DNA of 64,000 nt from the NCBI GenBank assembly GCA_965541585.1, contig CBEUCH010000003.1, positions 96,001-160,000 on the forward strand, given 5' to 3'. Positions 42,334 to 52,996 of this stretch are shown in pieces. Under the pieces are notes generated by a model. It was given only the letters and a program-made list of their open reading frames with translations, did not search any database and had not been told where the DNA came from. This stretch comes from an uncultured bacterium (GTDB taxonomy: Bacteria; Zixibacteria; MSB-5A5; UBA10806). Both the position numbers and the translations under genes were made by a program. Within the stretch, counting starts at the first letter, position 1; every line of letters starts with the position of its first letter.

Positions 42334-43636
42334 AGTCGCCCTTGCATATACCGGCTGCAAGCTAAACAGGTATGAAATCCAGGTCATCTCCGAATCCCTT
42401 GAGGCTTCAGGCTTCGATGTCGTGCCATTCGGAGAAAAAGCGGATTGCTATGTGATCAATACCTGCAGCGTCACCAACGGCGCCGACGTTTCCTCGCGGC
42501 AGTTGATCCGCCGGGCCAGAAGAACTGCTCCCGATTCGCAGGTGATTGCTACCGGATGTTATGCCCAGATGCGGCCGGACGAAATCGAGAAAATTGGCGC
42601 GGATCTGGTGGTTTCCAATCCGGAAAAAGAGAATATACCGACCAGGATCATTGATCTCTTCGATAGATCGCAGGCAATACCGGATGATCCATCGCATGAC
42701 GAATTCGGATCCCGGGCCATTTCCAACATGGGGGATCTCACCCGGGCCTTCGTGAAGATCCAGGAGGGTTGTGACCGGGGCTGTACCTATTGCAGCATCT
42801 GGATCTCTCGCGGGCCTGAGAGATCTCGACGTTCAGAATTCGTAATTAGAGAAACTAACAGACTGCATGAAAATGGCTATAAGGAAATTGTTTTAACTGG
42901 AGTCCATATAGGCAAATACTCGTATGACGATATGAATCTGACCGGTCTGCTTCGTGGCATTCTAAGAGAGACGGATATGCCACGGATTCGGCTGTCATCG
43001 CTTCATCCGTCGGAGATCGACGATGATCTGATTGAACTGATATCGTCCGCCCCGAGGATTTGCCCGCATGCCCACCTCTCAGTTCAGTCGGGCGACGATA
43101 CTATTCTGAAATCGATGGGCAGGACTTACGAACGCAATGAACTGATCGATATAATAGAGAAGCTGAAATCCGCCGTCCCCGGGATAACTGTCGGCGCGGA
43201 TGTCATCGTGGGATTTCCCGGAGAGACCGATCGGAATTTCCAAAACAGCTATGATCTCGTGGAACAAACGGGAATACACCATCTTCATGTATTCCCTTTC
43301 TCGCCGAGACCGGGTACAAAAGCAGCCAACATGACAGGCGCAATACCTTCTATAAAGAAAGAGGGACGGGCCATGAGCTTGCGGAGACTTGGACAGAAAA
43401 TGAAAAACACTCATCTGAGAAGCTTTGTCGGGCAAGAGGTGAATGTCCTCTTTGAAAAAAGAAAATCGTCCCCGAAGCGTCATCTTACCGGTTTCACAGA
43501 GAATTACCTGAGGATTCGTTCAAAAGGAGGCGAGTGGATGAAAGGGGAGATCATCAAAGTTATGCCTTTCGAAGTTGAGAACGAGATACTTCTGGCGAAT
43601 ATCCACGCCTCGCCCGTCCCATCAAAAAGTAGTTGA
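42326..43636 (+). CDS. mtaB: tRNA t6A37 methylthiotransferase MtaB
   Basis: GCKLNRYE, INTCSVT, TGCYAQ, KIQEGCDRGCTYC, LHVFPFSPRPGT. Confidence 0.93.
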   Translation: MPKVALAYTGCKLNRYEIQVISESLEASGFDVVPFGEKADCYVINTCSVTNGADVSSRQLIRRARRTAPDSQVIATGCYAQMRPDEIEKIGADLVVSNPEKENIPTRIIDLFDRSQAIPDDPSHDEFGSRAISNMGDLTRAFVKIQEGCDRGCTYCSIWISRGPERSRRSEFVIRETNRLHENGYKEIVLTGVHIGKYSYDDMNLTGLLRGILRETDMPRIRLSSLHPSEIDDDLIELISSAPRICPHAHLSVQSGDDTILKSMGRTYERNELIDIIEKLKSAVPGITVGADVIVGFPGETDRNFQNSYDLVEQTGIHHLHVFPFSPRPGTKAANMTGAIPSIKKEGRAMSLRRLGQKMKNTHLRSFVGQEVNVLFEKRKSSPKRHLTGFTENYLRIRSKGGEWMKGEIIKVMPFEVENEILLANIHASPVPSKSS

Positions 43637-43662
43637 CAGGACTTACCGGTAAACCATATAAT
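43633..43662 (+). promoter_or_regulatory. Sigma70 promoter of nuo operon
   Basis: TTGACA-N18-TATAAT. Confidence 0.65.
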
Positions 43663-43741
43663 GCCCGATGTTGGTGATCGAGGATAAGTCCTTTTAAGAT
43701 AGGAAATAGCGTCCTCTTTCTACCATTTTGTTGCGGAGATA

Positions 43742-43759
43742 TTGTGAAAAAAATCACGC
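43742..43759 (+). promoter_or_regulatory. Rex/CRP-like operator upstream of nuoA
   Basis: TTGTGAA-AAAA-ATCACGC (TGTGA-N6-TCACG core). Confidence 0.45.
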
Positions 43760-43774
43760 AGGTGATAAAAATAG

Positions 43775-44131
43775 ATGTTTGAGATCTTCTTCCCGATCCT
43801 GGTTCTTTTCATCCTGGCGACCGCAATCGTTTTGATAATGCTTGGCCTGCCAGAACTGGTTGCGCGGAAAACTAAAAACAGGCGCAAGCTTACTCCGTAT
43901 GAGTGCGGTATCCTTCCTGAAACGGATGCCAGATATCGGTTCCCTGTTAAATATTATATGATCGCTCTTCTTTTTATCATATTCGATCTTGAAATGGTGT
44001 TTCTATATCCCTGGGCAATCATACTAAAGAAATTAAAGATGTTCGCATTCATTGAGATGATAATTTTCATCGGAATCCTTCTGATAGGCTATCTTTACCT
44101 GATCAAGAAGGGCGCCTTAAAATGGGAATAG
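43775..44131 (+). CDS. nuoA: NADH-quinone oxidoreductase subunit A
   Basis: PYECG, FIIFDLE. Confidence 0.97.
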   Translation: MFEIFFPILVLFILATAIVLIMLGLPELVARKTKNRRKLTPYECGILPETDARYRFPVKYYMIALLFIIFDLEMVFLYPWAIILKKLKMFAFIEMIIFIGILLIGYLYLIKKGALKWE

Positions 44132-44601
44132 AAAAATATCTCCCCGATGGGATAATATTAACCACCGTTGAGAAGGCTGTCAACTGGTCTCGCAAATCGT
44201 CATTATGGCCTCTGGGATTCGGGCTGGCCTGTTGTGCCATCGAGATGATGTCAACTTTCGCCTCCCGGTTCGATCTGGCCCGTTTTGGAATGGAGGTCAT
44301 GAGACCTTCGCCGAGGCAGGCTGATCTGATGATCGTCTCCGGAAGGCTATCGGTCAGGATGGCGCCGGTTATCAGGCAGCTTTACGACCAGATGCCAAAT
44401 CCCAGATATGTCATCTCCATGGGAGCCTGCGCATCGTGCGGCGGGATTTTCAACAACTACGCCATCGTCCAGGGAGTCGATCGCGTAATTCCTGTCGATG
44501 TTTACGTTCCGGGATGTCCTCCCAGACCGGAACAACTTATCGACGGTATCATGAAGCTGCGGGCCAAAATCGAAAAAGAGAAGCTGAAAGACAACGTCTG
44601 A
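44122..44601 (+). CDS. nuoB: NADH-quinone oxidoreductase subunit B
   Basis: [18 protein letters not shown]. Confidence 0.98.
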   Translation: MGIEKYLPDGIILTTVEKAVNWSRKSSLWPLGFGLACCAIEMMSTFASRFDLARFGMEVMRPSPRQADLMIVSGRLSVRMAPVIRQLYDQMPNPRYVISMGACASCGGIFNNYAIVQGVDRVIPVDVYVPGCPPRPEQLIDGIMKLRAKIEKEKLKDNV

Positions 44602-45131
44602 TGGCATCCATCGTCGAAGAAAAACTCCGAATGGGGTATTCCAAAAAGATTATTGAATTGAACACCTTCAGGGGTGATCTGAATGTTGTTTTGAAACCCG
44701 AGGATATCCCCGAGGTCTGCCGTTATCTGAAAACCGATCCCGATCTGAAATTTAATTTCCTCTCCTGTATAACCGCCTGTGATTATCTGGGAAAACGTGA
44801 AATTAGATTCGAGGTGGTCTATATGCTTTTCTCCATCCCGAATCATCATAAGATTATTTTGAAAACCAGGGTAAACGAGAATGAAGAAATCCCGACATTG
44901 ACCTCCCTCTGGAGTACGGCCGACTGGCAAGAAAGGGAAATCTACGATATGTTCGGGATCAAATTTACCGGTCATCCCAATCTGACGCGGATTCTCATGG
45001 ACGAGGATTGGGTTGGCCATCCGCAGAGAAAGGATTTCCCTCTTACTTACGAGGTGCCTCATTTCACCCATAACAAGGGCGAGATAGATACCAGGCACGA
45101 GGCTCCATGGAGGGGGGATGAGGATGGCTAA
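44601..45131 (+). CDS. nuoC: NADH-quinone oxidoreductase subunit C
   Basis: [29 protein letters not shown] overlaps the nuoB stop. Confidence 0.96.
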   Translation: MASIVEEKLRMGYSKKIIELNTFRGDLNVVLKPEDIPEVCRYLKTDPDLKFNFLSCITACDYLGKREIRFEVVYMLFSIPNHHKIILKTRVNENEEIPTLTSLWSTADWQEREIYDMFGIKFTGHPNLTRILMDEDWVGHPQRKDFPLTYEVPHFTHNKGEIDTRHEAPWRGDEDG

Positions 45132-46296
45132 ACGGGAAACCATGATTATGAATATGGGCCCGCAGCATCCTGCTACGCATGGAGTGCTGAGGATCGAACT
45201 GGAGCTGGAGGGCGAGACGGTTGTCGATGCCCGCCCCTTAATCGGCTATCTCCATACCGGAATTGAAAAGAATATGGAGGCCAAGACCTACACCCAGGCC
45301 CTGACCATGACCGATAGAATAGACTATCTGGCGCCCATGTCAAATAACCTCGTTTACGTGGGCGCCATCGAGAAACTTATGGAGGTAGAGGTCCCGCCCA
45401 GAGCCGAATATGTTCGGGTGATAATGACCGAATTAACGCGTGTCGCCTCTCACCTTGTATGGCTCGGTACCCATGCAATCGATATGGGCGCCATGTCGAT
45501 GCTCCTGTATTGCTTCAGGGAGCGGGAGAAGATCGTCCAGATGTACGAGTTTGTCTCAGGGGTCAGGATGATGTCGTCGTATTTCCGGGTCGGGGGTCTG
45601 GCGGATGATATCCCCGCTGGATTTGATAAGCGGGTAAAAGATATTCTCGATACTTTTCCGGCCAGGATAAACGAGTACGAGGGGCTTTTAACGAACAACA
45701 AGATCTGGCGTAACCGTACCGTAGGAGTGGGAACGATCTCCGCGGAGGATGCCATCGATGCCGGGCTATCCGGGCCGAACCTCAGGGGCAGCGGAGTCGC
45801 CTGGGATATCAGAAAATCTAATCCTTATTCGTACTACGATAAATTCGAATTCGATATTCCCACCGGCAAGAATGGCGATGTTTACGACCGGTATCTGGTC
45901 CGACTGGAAGAAATGAGGCAGGCCTTGCGTATCGTGGGGCAGGCGGTCGAGGGTATACCGGAAGGCCCGCATATCACCGGCGACAGGAAGATCGCTCCTC
46001 CGTCCAGAGAAGAGGTGCTTAAGGGGATGGAACAATTAATCCATCATTTTAAGATCGTAGTCCATGGTTTCCAGCCGCCTCCGGGTGATGTCTATTTCGC
46101 CATCGAATCGCCCAAGGGAGAGATCGGATGTTATATCGTATCCGACGGCACCAAAAAACCCTATAGGGTTCATTTCAGACCGCCGTCGTTTGTTAATATT
46201 TCAGTCTTGCCTAAACTGGTTATCGGCGGAATGGTGGCCGATGTGGTTGCCTGCATAGGATCTCTTGATATAGTGCTTGGTGAAATCGACAGGTAA
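45124..46296 (+). CDS. nuoD: NADH-quinone oxidoreductase subunit D
   Basis: [26 protein letters not shown] (alternative start 45118). Confidence 0.98.
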   Translation: MAKRETMIMNMGPQHPATHGVLRIELELEGETVVDARPLIGYLHTGIEKNMEAKTYTQALTMTDRIDYLAPMSNNLVYVGAIEKLMEVEVPPRAEYVRVIMTELTRVASHLVWLGTHAIDMGAMSMLLYCFREREKIVQMYEFVSGVRMMSSYFRVGGLADDIPAGFDKRVKDILDTFPARINEYEGLLTNNKIWRNRTVGVGTISAEDAIDAGLSGPNLRGSGVAWDIRKSNPYSYYDKFEFDIPTGKNGDVYDRYLVRLEEMRQALRIVGQAVEGIPEGPHITGDRKIAPPSREEVLKGMEQLIHHFKIVVHGFQPPPGDVYFAIESPKGEIGCYIVSDGTKKPYRVHFRPPSFVNISVLPKLVIGGMVADVVACIGSLDIVLGEIDR

Positions 46297-46310
46297 CTGA
46301 GAGGTTTGAG

Positions 46311-46814
46311 TTGAACAGCACATCCGATATTTTGCTCAGCGAAAAATCAACAAAAGAGATAAGACGTCTTAAGGATCTGTATCCCTACTTGAAATCCGCA
46401 GTTCTGATGGTTTTGCACGTCATATATGACCAGTATGGCTATATAGATTCTAAGGCGGTGAAGGAAGCTTCCGGGATTATGGAATTGCCCGTCATGGATT
46501 TTGAGCAGGCGGCAAGTTTCTATACGATGTTCCCTCCCCGGAAGGTCGGAAGGTATCATATTCAGGTTTGCCGCACGATATCATGCATGCTTCGCGGTTC
46601 CGAGGAGCTGGTCCGATTTTTGAAGGAAAAACTCGATATCGAGATCGGCGCGATTACAAAAGACGGGCTATTTTCTCTTACCGAGGTTGAATGTCTCGGG
46701 TCCTGCGGCACGTCGCCAATGATGCAAATAAATGATATCTATTATGAGAATTTAACGCGTGTCGGGGTGGAGAAGATACTCGAAGACCTCAGAAATGAGG
46801 CCACGAATGATTGA
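46311..46814 (+). CDS. nuoE: NADH-quinone oxidoreductase subunit E
   Basis: VCRTISC, ECLGSC. Confidence 0.96.
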   Translation: MNSTSDILLSEKSTKEIRRLKDLYPYLKSAVLMVLHVIYDQYGYIDSKAVKEASGIMELPVMDFEQAASFYTMFPPRKVGRYHIQVCRTISCMLRGSEELVRFLKEKLDIEIGAITKDGLFSLTEVECLGSCGTSPMMQINDIYYENLTRVGVEKILEDLRNEATND

Positions 46815-48096
46815 ATTCGAAAAGATTTTGTTTAAATACATAGATTGCCCTGGGCAGGATAGTATAGAGACTTATATCAAGAATGGCGGTTATACAGCTT
46901 TTGAGAAGGCGATGAATACAATGACCCCCGAGGAGGTTGTGGAGGAGGTCATCAAATCGGGCTTGCGAGGGCGGGGAGGGGCCGGTTTCCCTGCCGGAAG
47001 AAAATGGTCTTTCCTGCCGAAAAACGGTAAGAAGCCGGTATACCTGTGCGTCAACGCCGATGAATCCGAACCGGGCACCTTCAAGGATCGCGAGCTCATG
47101 GAAAAAGAGCCGCATATGGTGATCGAGGGCGCCTTAATAACTGCCTACGCCATAAAATGCAATACGGCATTCATATATATCAGGGGGGAATTTGCCCGCG
47201 CCGCTCGTCAATTGAGCAAGGCTATCGACGAAGCAAGACAGAAGGGATTTGTCGGCAAAAATATTTTAGGCAAAAACGTTGATATAGAGATCATAGTCCA
47301 TCGTGGCGGAGGAGCTTATATCTGCGGTGAGGAGACAGCCCTGATGACATCTCTCGAGGGGAACCAGGGATATCCGCGCGTCAAGCCGCCGTTCCCGGCG
47401 ATCTCCGGTCTCTATAATTGCCCCACCATCATCAATAACGTTGAGACACTGAGTAATATACCGCATATCATCAATAGAGGGGGAGAGTGGTTCGCATCCA
47501 TAGGCACTCCGAAATCGACCGGCACCAAGATTTTCTGTTTGTCCGGCCATATAAACAAGCCGGGAAACTATGAATTGCCGATGGGCGTGCCATTGCGTGA
47601 ATTGATATATGAATATGGCGGCGGCATCAGAGACGGCCGCAATCTCAAGGCGGTCATTCCCGGGGGTTCATCTGTCCCGGTGCTGACGTCGGATAAGGTC
47701 GATGTCCGCATGGATTTCGAGTCTCTGGAGGAAGCCGGCACGATGCTTGGCTCGGCCGGAGTAATCGTAATGGATGAGACCGTCTGCATGGTGAAAGCGG
47801 CGCTTAATATGGCTCGATTCTATCAACACGAATCCTGCGGGCAGTGCACCCCCTGCCGGCAGGGGACATACTGGATGCTGCGAATTCTGGAACGCATAGA
47901 AAATGGCCGGGGCCGGATGGAAGATCTCGACCTGCTTCTGGATATCTGTTCCAATATCGATGGCAACACGATCTGCCCGCTTGGTGACGCTTCCACGCCG
48001 CCTGTCAGATCGACCTTGCAGAATTTCAGGGAAGAATATGAATATCATATCACAAATAAGGAATGCCTGACAAAAATGAGCCCGGGGTTCGAGTAA
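46807..48096 (+). CDS. nuoF: NADH-quinone oxidoreductase subunit F
   Basis: GRGGAGFPAG, NADESEPGTFKDR, ESCGQCTPCR. Confidence 0.98.
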   Translation: MIEFEKILFKYIDCPGQDSIETYIKNGGYTAFEKAMNTMTPEEVVEEVIKSGLRGRGGAGFPAGRKWSFLPKNGKKPVYLCVNADESEPGTFKDRELMEKEPHMVIEGALITAYAIKCNTAFIYIRGEFARAARQLSKAIDEARQKGFVGKNILGKNVDIEIIVHRGGGAYICGEETALMTSLEGNQGYPRVKPPFPAISGLYNCPTIINNVETLSNIPHIINRGGEWFASIGTPKSTGTKIFCLSGHINKPGNYELPMGVPLRELIYEYGGGIRDGRNLKAVIPGGSSVPVLTSDKVDVRMDFESLEEAGTMLGSAGVIVMDETVCMVKAALNMARFYQHESCGQCTPCRQGTYWMLRILERIENGRGRMEDLDLLLDICSNIDGNTICPLGDASTPPVRSTLQNFREEYEYHITNKECLTKMSPGFE

Positions 48097-48098
48097 AG

Positions 48099-50534
48099 AT
48101 GCCTGAGAATATAACGGTGACAATCGACGGTAAGATTGTGGATGCGCCTCCCGGTACGCTTATAATTCAGGCGGCCAGGAAAATCGGCATCGAGATACCG
48201 ACTTTCTGTTATGACGAGCGTCTAAGATCAGTCGGCGCCTGCAGGATGTGCTTAGTCGAGGTGGAGAAGATGCCGAAACTGATCGCATCGTGCGCCACGC
48301 CGATCGCCCCCAATATGATCGTGCACACCAATTCGGAAAGGGTTGTGAAAGCCCGCAAAGGAGTTCTGGAATTCTTACTCATAAACCACCCTCTCGATTG
48401 TCCGACCTGCGACAAAGGTGGTGAATGTCCTCTGCAGGATAACACTTATCTTTATGGTCCTCCTGTTTCGCGATATACAGAAAACAAGATCAGGTTCATT
48501 GAAGAAGACATAAGTCAAAGTTTCGATGATATACCGCTGGGTCCGGAGATTATGTTATGCCGCAACCGCTGCATAATGTGCTTTTTGTGCGTGCGCATCG
48601 TACGCGATCTTGCAGGGGAGGCGGATCTGGGCGTATTCCAGAGAGGCGCCCGGACAAACATCAATGTCCTGCAGGAGGTGGCCTTCGCCGATGAATTCTC
48701 CGGTAACACGGTGGAATATTGCCCGGTCGGAGCATTGACTTCCCGCTCATTTCGTTACAAAATTCGCGACTGGCTTTTAAAGAAAGCACCGTCGGTCTGT
48801 AACCTTTGCTCCGATGGCTGTAACATGAACGTGGAATGGTCCGGGGGCGAGGTTTTCCGCCATATGGCCAGGAAGAATCCTGATATCGACGACGGCTGGC
48901 TCTGCGACCGTGGTCGCTACAGCTTCGATATTTACGGATCGACGGATAGAATCAATCAGCCTCATATCCGCCGGGGGAATACGCTCGAGCCGTGCGGATG
49001 GGACGAGGCCCTGGCGTTGGTGACCAGGCATCTCGAGAGGATCGTTGCGGAGAACAGGGGTTCGGAGATCGCAGCCATTGGATCGCCTATGCTATCAAAT
49101 GAAGAAGCATACGCGATCCGGCACTTCTTTGCCGATGCGGTTAGATCATCAAGTATAGATTTCCAGTTCGATACGGATCAGCCGATTGAGCCGGAGCTGC
49201 TCGACCTGATCGGCCTGGACGGCACTATAAATGATCTGGAGAACGATTCGTTTTTCCTTTTCGTGGGATGTGATCCGGCAATCGAACATCCGGTCATGTC
49301 ATTGAGAATAAGAAAAGCCATTGCCAGGAAGAAGGCGAGGGCTGTTTTTATCGGATCATATGAAAAGAGGCTCGGATATTTCCCGATCACGAATATCAGA
49401 ATACCTTATGCTACCGAAGCCTTTGCATTGAACTATCTTTTATCTGCGCTGGCCGGGAAGAGAACTCGGTCAATGCCGCCGGGTATCTCCATCGATACGG
49501 ATCAATTGAAAAAACTGGCAGGGGAGTTGAAAGATTCTTCAAATATACATATTATGGCTGGTCGCGGTTTCCTCTCTCATCCCGACCGTAAGGCGCTTCT
49601 ATCATCGATTATTAGATTGAAAAAACGCATGGCTGCGAAATTGTCGATACTGCCGGCACAGGGCAACTACCTTGGTGTTTCCCGTTTCGGTCTTTATGGT
49701 GGGACGGGTAACTCATTCAACGATATATTGTCCCGCATAGATTCGGGAGCTATCAAGACGGCGTTTATATTCGGCGCCAATCCTCTCTCCGAGTATCCCG
49801 ATGGAAAGTTCGTCCATGATGTTTTGAAAAAGCTCGATTTTCTGGTGGTTGTGACTCCATTCATGACATCCACGGCTTCCCGGGCTTCCATAGTTTTTCC
49901 ACAAGCTCTACCCCCTGACTATGGCGGCTCCTTTGTCAATATTGAAGGTCGAATTCAGAGATTCGAGCCGATGACAGAGCATCGCCGCTTCGATTACAGG
50001 CCGGTCTGGTCTCTGCTGGGGGAAATATCCAGTATGCTGGAGACAGGCACGGCATGGTATCACGATGGCCAGGTTAGACAGGAAATGGCCGCGAATTTGA
50101 AGGGCATGGAAAATCTAACCAATATACCTGGTGGCGGCCTGCTGATTAATGTCACTGCAAGAAACGAATATGATCCGGGAGAGATCGAGCCACGAGTTCC
50201 GCCCCGCCCCGGAACTGAAAATCCATATCTATTTCAATGGTCGCCGTCGGTGCATCATCCGGACTGGCTTACTGAAAAATCCGAAAATCTGATGAGGATT
50301 GCCGGGAAACAGGAAGTCTGGATGCATCCGGAGGATGCGAACGGAGAAGGAATAGCGAATAATCAGGTCGTCAGGATCGGAACAAAAGAAACGGCCCTCA
50401 ATCTTCATGTAAAGGTAACAGATAAGGTGAATGCGGGAGAGATTCTGGTTGTCAATTCATTCGCAGAGAATCCTGTTAACCGGCTGATGAAGAAGGGCAA
50501 ACCTATAACGCATGTATCGGTGAAAAAGAACTGA
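48099..50534 (+). CDS. nuoG: NADH-quinone oxidoreductase subunit G
   Basis: GACRMC, HPLDCPTCDKGGECPLQ, CIMCFLC, CNLCSDGC. Confidence 0.95.
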   Translation: MPENITVTIDGKIVDAPPGTLIIQAARKIGIEIPTFCYDERLRSVGACRMCLVEVEKMPKLIASCATPIAPNMIVHTNSERVVKARKGVLEFLLINHPLDCPTCDKGGECPLQDNTYLYGPPVSRYTENKIRFIEEDISQSFDDIPLGPEIMLCRNRCIMCFLCVRIVRDLAGEADLGVFQRGARTNINVLQEVAFADEFSGNTVEYCPVGALTSRSFRYKIRDWLLKKAPSVCNLCSDGCNMNVEWSGGEVFRHMARKNPDIDDGWLCDRGRYSFDIYGSTDRINQPHIRRGNTLEPCGWDEALALVTRHLERIVAENRGSEIAAIGSPMLSNEEAYAIRHFFADAVRSSSIDFQFDTDQPIEPELLDLIGLDGTINDLENDSFFLFVGCDPAIEHPVMSLRIRKAIARKKARAVFIGSYEKRLGYFPITNIRIPYATEAFALNYLLSALAGKRTRSMPPGISIDTDQLKKLAGELKDSSNIHIMAGRGFLSHPDRKALLSSIIRLKKRMAAKLSILPAQGNYLGVSRFGLYGGTGNSFNDILSRIDSGAIKTAFIFGANPLSEYPDGKFVHDVLKKLDFLVVVTPFMTSTASRASIVFPQALPPDYGGSFVNIEGRIQRFEPMTEHRRFDYRPVWSLLGEISSMLETGTAWYHDGQVRQEMAANLKGMENLTNIPGGGLLINVTARNEYDPGEIEPRVPPRPGTENPYLFQWSPSVHHPDWLTEKSENLMRIAGKQEVWMHPEDANGEGIANNQVVRIGTKETALNLHVKVTDKVNAGEILVVNSFAENPVNRLMKKGKPITHVSVKKN

Positions 50535-51520
50535 TGTTATTAGAGGCGATAATAATCATAATTAAGGTCGTGGCAATCTATATTGCTCTTCTGACTGCAA
50601 TCGCCTATTCCACCTATTTTGAACGTAAGGTCGTAGCCCGTATTCAACATAGGATCGGTCCCAATGTAACCGGCCCCTTTGGCCTTTTGCAGCCGGTTGC
50701 AGACGCCGTGAAGATGATCATGAAAGAAGAGATAAGACCCGCCCTGGCGAACCGATTTTATTTTCTGGCCGCGCCGGTATTGTCTTTTGTAACCGCCTCC
50801 ATGGCCATAGCGGTTATACCGATAGGCGATTGGATTACTGTCGGCGGTCAGCGGATTCAACTTATTATTTCTGATCTGAACATCGGTATTCTATATATCC
50901 TGGCGGTAACCTCCCTGGGCGTCTACGGGATTGTGCTGGCAGGCTGGTCCTCCAATTCCAAGTATTCGCTTCTGGGCGGATTGCGATCCACGGCCCAGAT
51001 GATCAGCTATGAAGTTTCGCTGGGATTGGGATTGATCGGTGTATTGCTATTAAGCCAGACATTTTCCATAGCGGAGATCGTCAGACAGCAGTCCGGTTCT
51101 ATCCTCAACTGGTACATTTTCAAGCAGCCGGTGGCCTTTTTCGTTTATTTCATATCAGCCATGGCGGAAACGAACCGGAATCCATTCGATCTTCCCGAGG
51201 CCGAATCGGAGCTGGTGGCCGGTTATCACACTGAATACGCGGGCATGAGTTTCGGCGTATTCTTCCTGGCCGAGTACGCCAACATGATCACCGTCTCCGC
51301 CATAGCAGCCAGTATATTTCTTGGCGGCTGGAACGGCCCGTTTTTGCCGCCGGTAATCTGGTTTGTTATGAAGGTTATATTTTTTATGTTCATATATATC
51401 TGGGTGAGGGGAACCCTGCCCAGGTTCAGATACGACCAGCTCATGAGATTCGGCTGGCTGGTTTTATTCCCTATAGGAATATTGAATGTCATGATAACGG
51501 CTTTGATTCAGGTATTGTAG
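50534..51520 (+). CDS. nuoH: NADH-quinone oxidoreductase subunit H
   Basis: RIGPN, ETNRNPFDLPEAESEL, PRFRYDQL. Confidence 0.98.
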   Translation: MLLEAIIIIIKVVAIYIALLTAIAYSTYFERKVVARIQHRIGPNVTGPFGLLQPVADAVKMIMKEEIRPALANRFYFLAAPVLSFVTASMAIAVIPIGDWITVGGQRIQLIISDLNIGILYILAVTSLGVYGIVLAGWSSNSKYSLLGGLRSTAQMISYEVSLGLGLIGVLLLSQTFSIAEIVRQQSGSILNWYIFKQPVAFFVYFISAMAETNRNPFDLPEAESELVAGYHTEYAGMSFGVFFLAEYANMITVSAIAASIFLGGWNGPFLPPVIWFVMKVIFFMFIYIWVRGTLPRFRYDQLMRFGWLVLFPIGILNVMITALIQVL

Positions 51521-51534
51521 GAGTCGCAATTTTT

Positions 51535-52062
51535 ATGTGGCAGAATCTAAAATCAGTTTTTCTGGCGATACCAAAGGGGCTTTCGATCACTTTCCGTTAC
51601 CTTTTCAGGAAACCGATTACCGAGCAATACCCTAAAATCCGACCTCAATTCGAGGATCGCTACCGGGGATTACATTATCTGACCCGGTATGATGATGGCA
51701 CCGAACGGTGTGTCTGTTGCGGCTTGTGCGCTGCAGCCTGCCCGGTCGATTGCATATATATGGAGCCGGCGGAGACGGAGGACGGTATCCGATACGCCGG
51801 TATCTACGAGATAAACGAGTTGAGATGCATATTCTGCGGCCTGTGCGAAGAGGCATGTCCGGAGGAGGCTATCTTTCTCGGCCATGAGTTCGAATTTTCA
51901 TCCTACGATCGCGATGATTTCATTTATACCAAGGAAATGCTCCTGGCGAATTTCGATAATATTGAAAAAGAGAGGGTGGCCAAAAACATCAAGCCATTCA
52001 TCCGCAAGGAGAGAAAGGAATTTAAAAAACCGGCTGCGCCGTCAAACGAGGTATCGGCATGA
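51535..52062 (+). CDS. nuoI: NADH-quinone oxidoreductase subunit I
   Basis: Two CxxCxxCxxxCP motifs. Confidence 0.97.
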   Translation: MWQNLKSVFLAIPKGLSITFRYLFRKPITEQYPKIRPQFEDRYRGLHYLTRYDDGTERCVCCGLCAAACPVDCIYMEPAETEDGIRYAGIYEINELRCIFCGLCEEACPEEAIFLGHEFEFSSYDRDDFIYTKEMLLANFDNIEKERVAKNIKPFIRKERKEFKKPAAPSNEVSA

Positions 52063-52625
52063 TTATATTCTTCGTTCTCGCGATTATCGCGGTCTTCGGC
52101 GCGGTGATGGTGGTAACGCGGAAAAGCCCCGTTGCATCCGCCATATATTTGATACTGGTGATGTGTTCGCTGGCGGGCTTATTCGCACTCATGGGAGCGT
52201 TATTCCTGGCGGCTTTCCAGGTCATTGTTTACGCCGGCGCCATCATGGTCTTATTCCTGTTTGTTATCATGCTTTTGAATCTGCGCCGGGACGAATTCGG
52301 ACATGACACCCGGATTATCCAGAAATATCTCGGTTTCTCGTTCGCTCTTTTGATTCTCATCCAGGGCGTTTTTATCCTGGGCTGGGCGATGAAAGACTAT
52401 TCGGCAGACGCTGGCGGCATGAGTTCAATCGAATCGGGCGCAATCCCATCCGAGGGTGCCCTGCCTGACGATTACAGCTCGGCGGAATCGGTCGCCGAAA
52501 CTCTGTTTACGAGATTCGCATATCCGTTCGAGATAACGTCGATTTTACTACTTGCCGCAATTATTGGCGCCGTGCTTATCGCCCGGAAGAAACAACCCGG
52601 ACAGGACGGGGAAGAGGAAGACTGA
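52059..52625 (+). CDS. nuoJ: NADH-quinone oxidoreductase subunit J
   Basis: [21 protein letters not shown]. Confidence 0.97.
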   Translation: MIIFFVLAIIAVFGAVMVVTRKSPVASAIYLILVMCSLAGLFALMGALFLAAFQVIVYAGAIMVLFLFVIMLLNLRRDEFGHDTRIIQKYLGFSFALLILIQGVFILGWAMKDYSADAGGMSSIESGAIPSEGALPDDYSSAESVAETLFTRFAYPFEITSILLLAAIIGAVLIARKKQPGQDGEEED

Positions 52626-52993
52626 TGCCGTCGCTCGAATATTTTGTCGTTCTATCCGCCGTCCTGTTTTGCATAGGCGTCTGGGGTGTATTGAAATCCC
52701 GAAACGCCATAGTAATCTTCATGGCCATCGAGCTGATGTTAAACGCCGTAAATTTATCTCTGGTGGCGTTTGCAAGCAATATCAAGATCATACTGGCCCG
52801 CTTTATCCACACTGTGCCGGTCGACCAGGTGTCCGATTTGCTCAGAACCTCAACAGCATCGGGCCAGGTATTCGTGATTCTTGTTATGACGGTTGCCGCC
52901 GCCGAGGCCGCCGTGGGCTTGGCGATAATCATCTCAATTCACCGTATGAAAGATTCGGTAAACGTGGATGATGTCAATATCATGAAATGGTAA
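52625..52993 (+). CDS. nuoK: NADH-quinone oxidoreductase subunit K
   Basis: [19 protein letters not shown]. Confidence 0.96.
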   Translation: MPSLEYFVVLSAVLFCIGVWGVLKSRNAIVIFMAIELMLNAVNLSLVAFASNIKIILARFIHTVPVDQVSDLLRTSTASGQVFVILVMTVAAAEAAVGLAIIISIHRMKDSVNVDDVNIMKW

Positions 52994-52996
52994 TAG

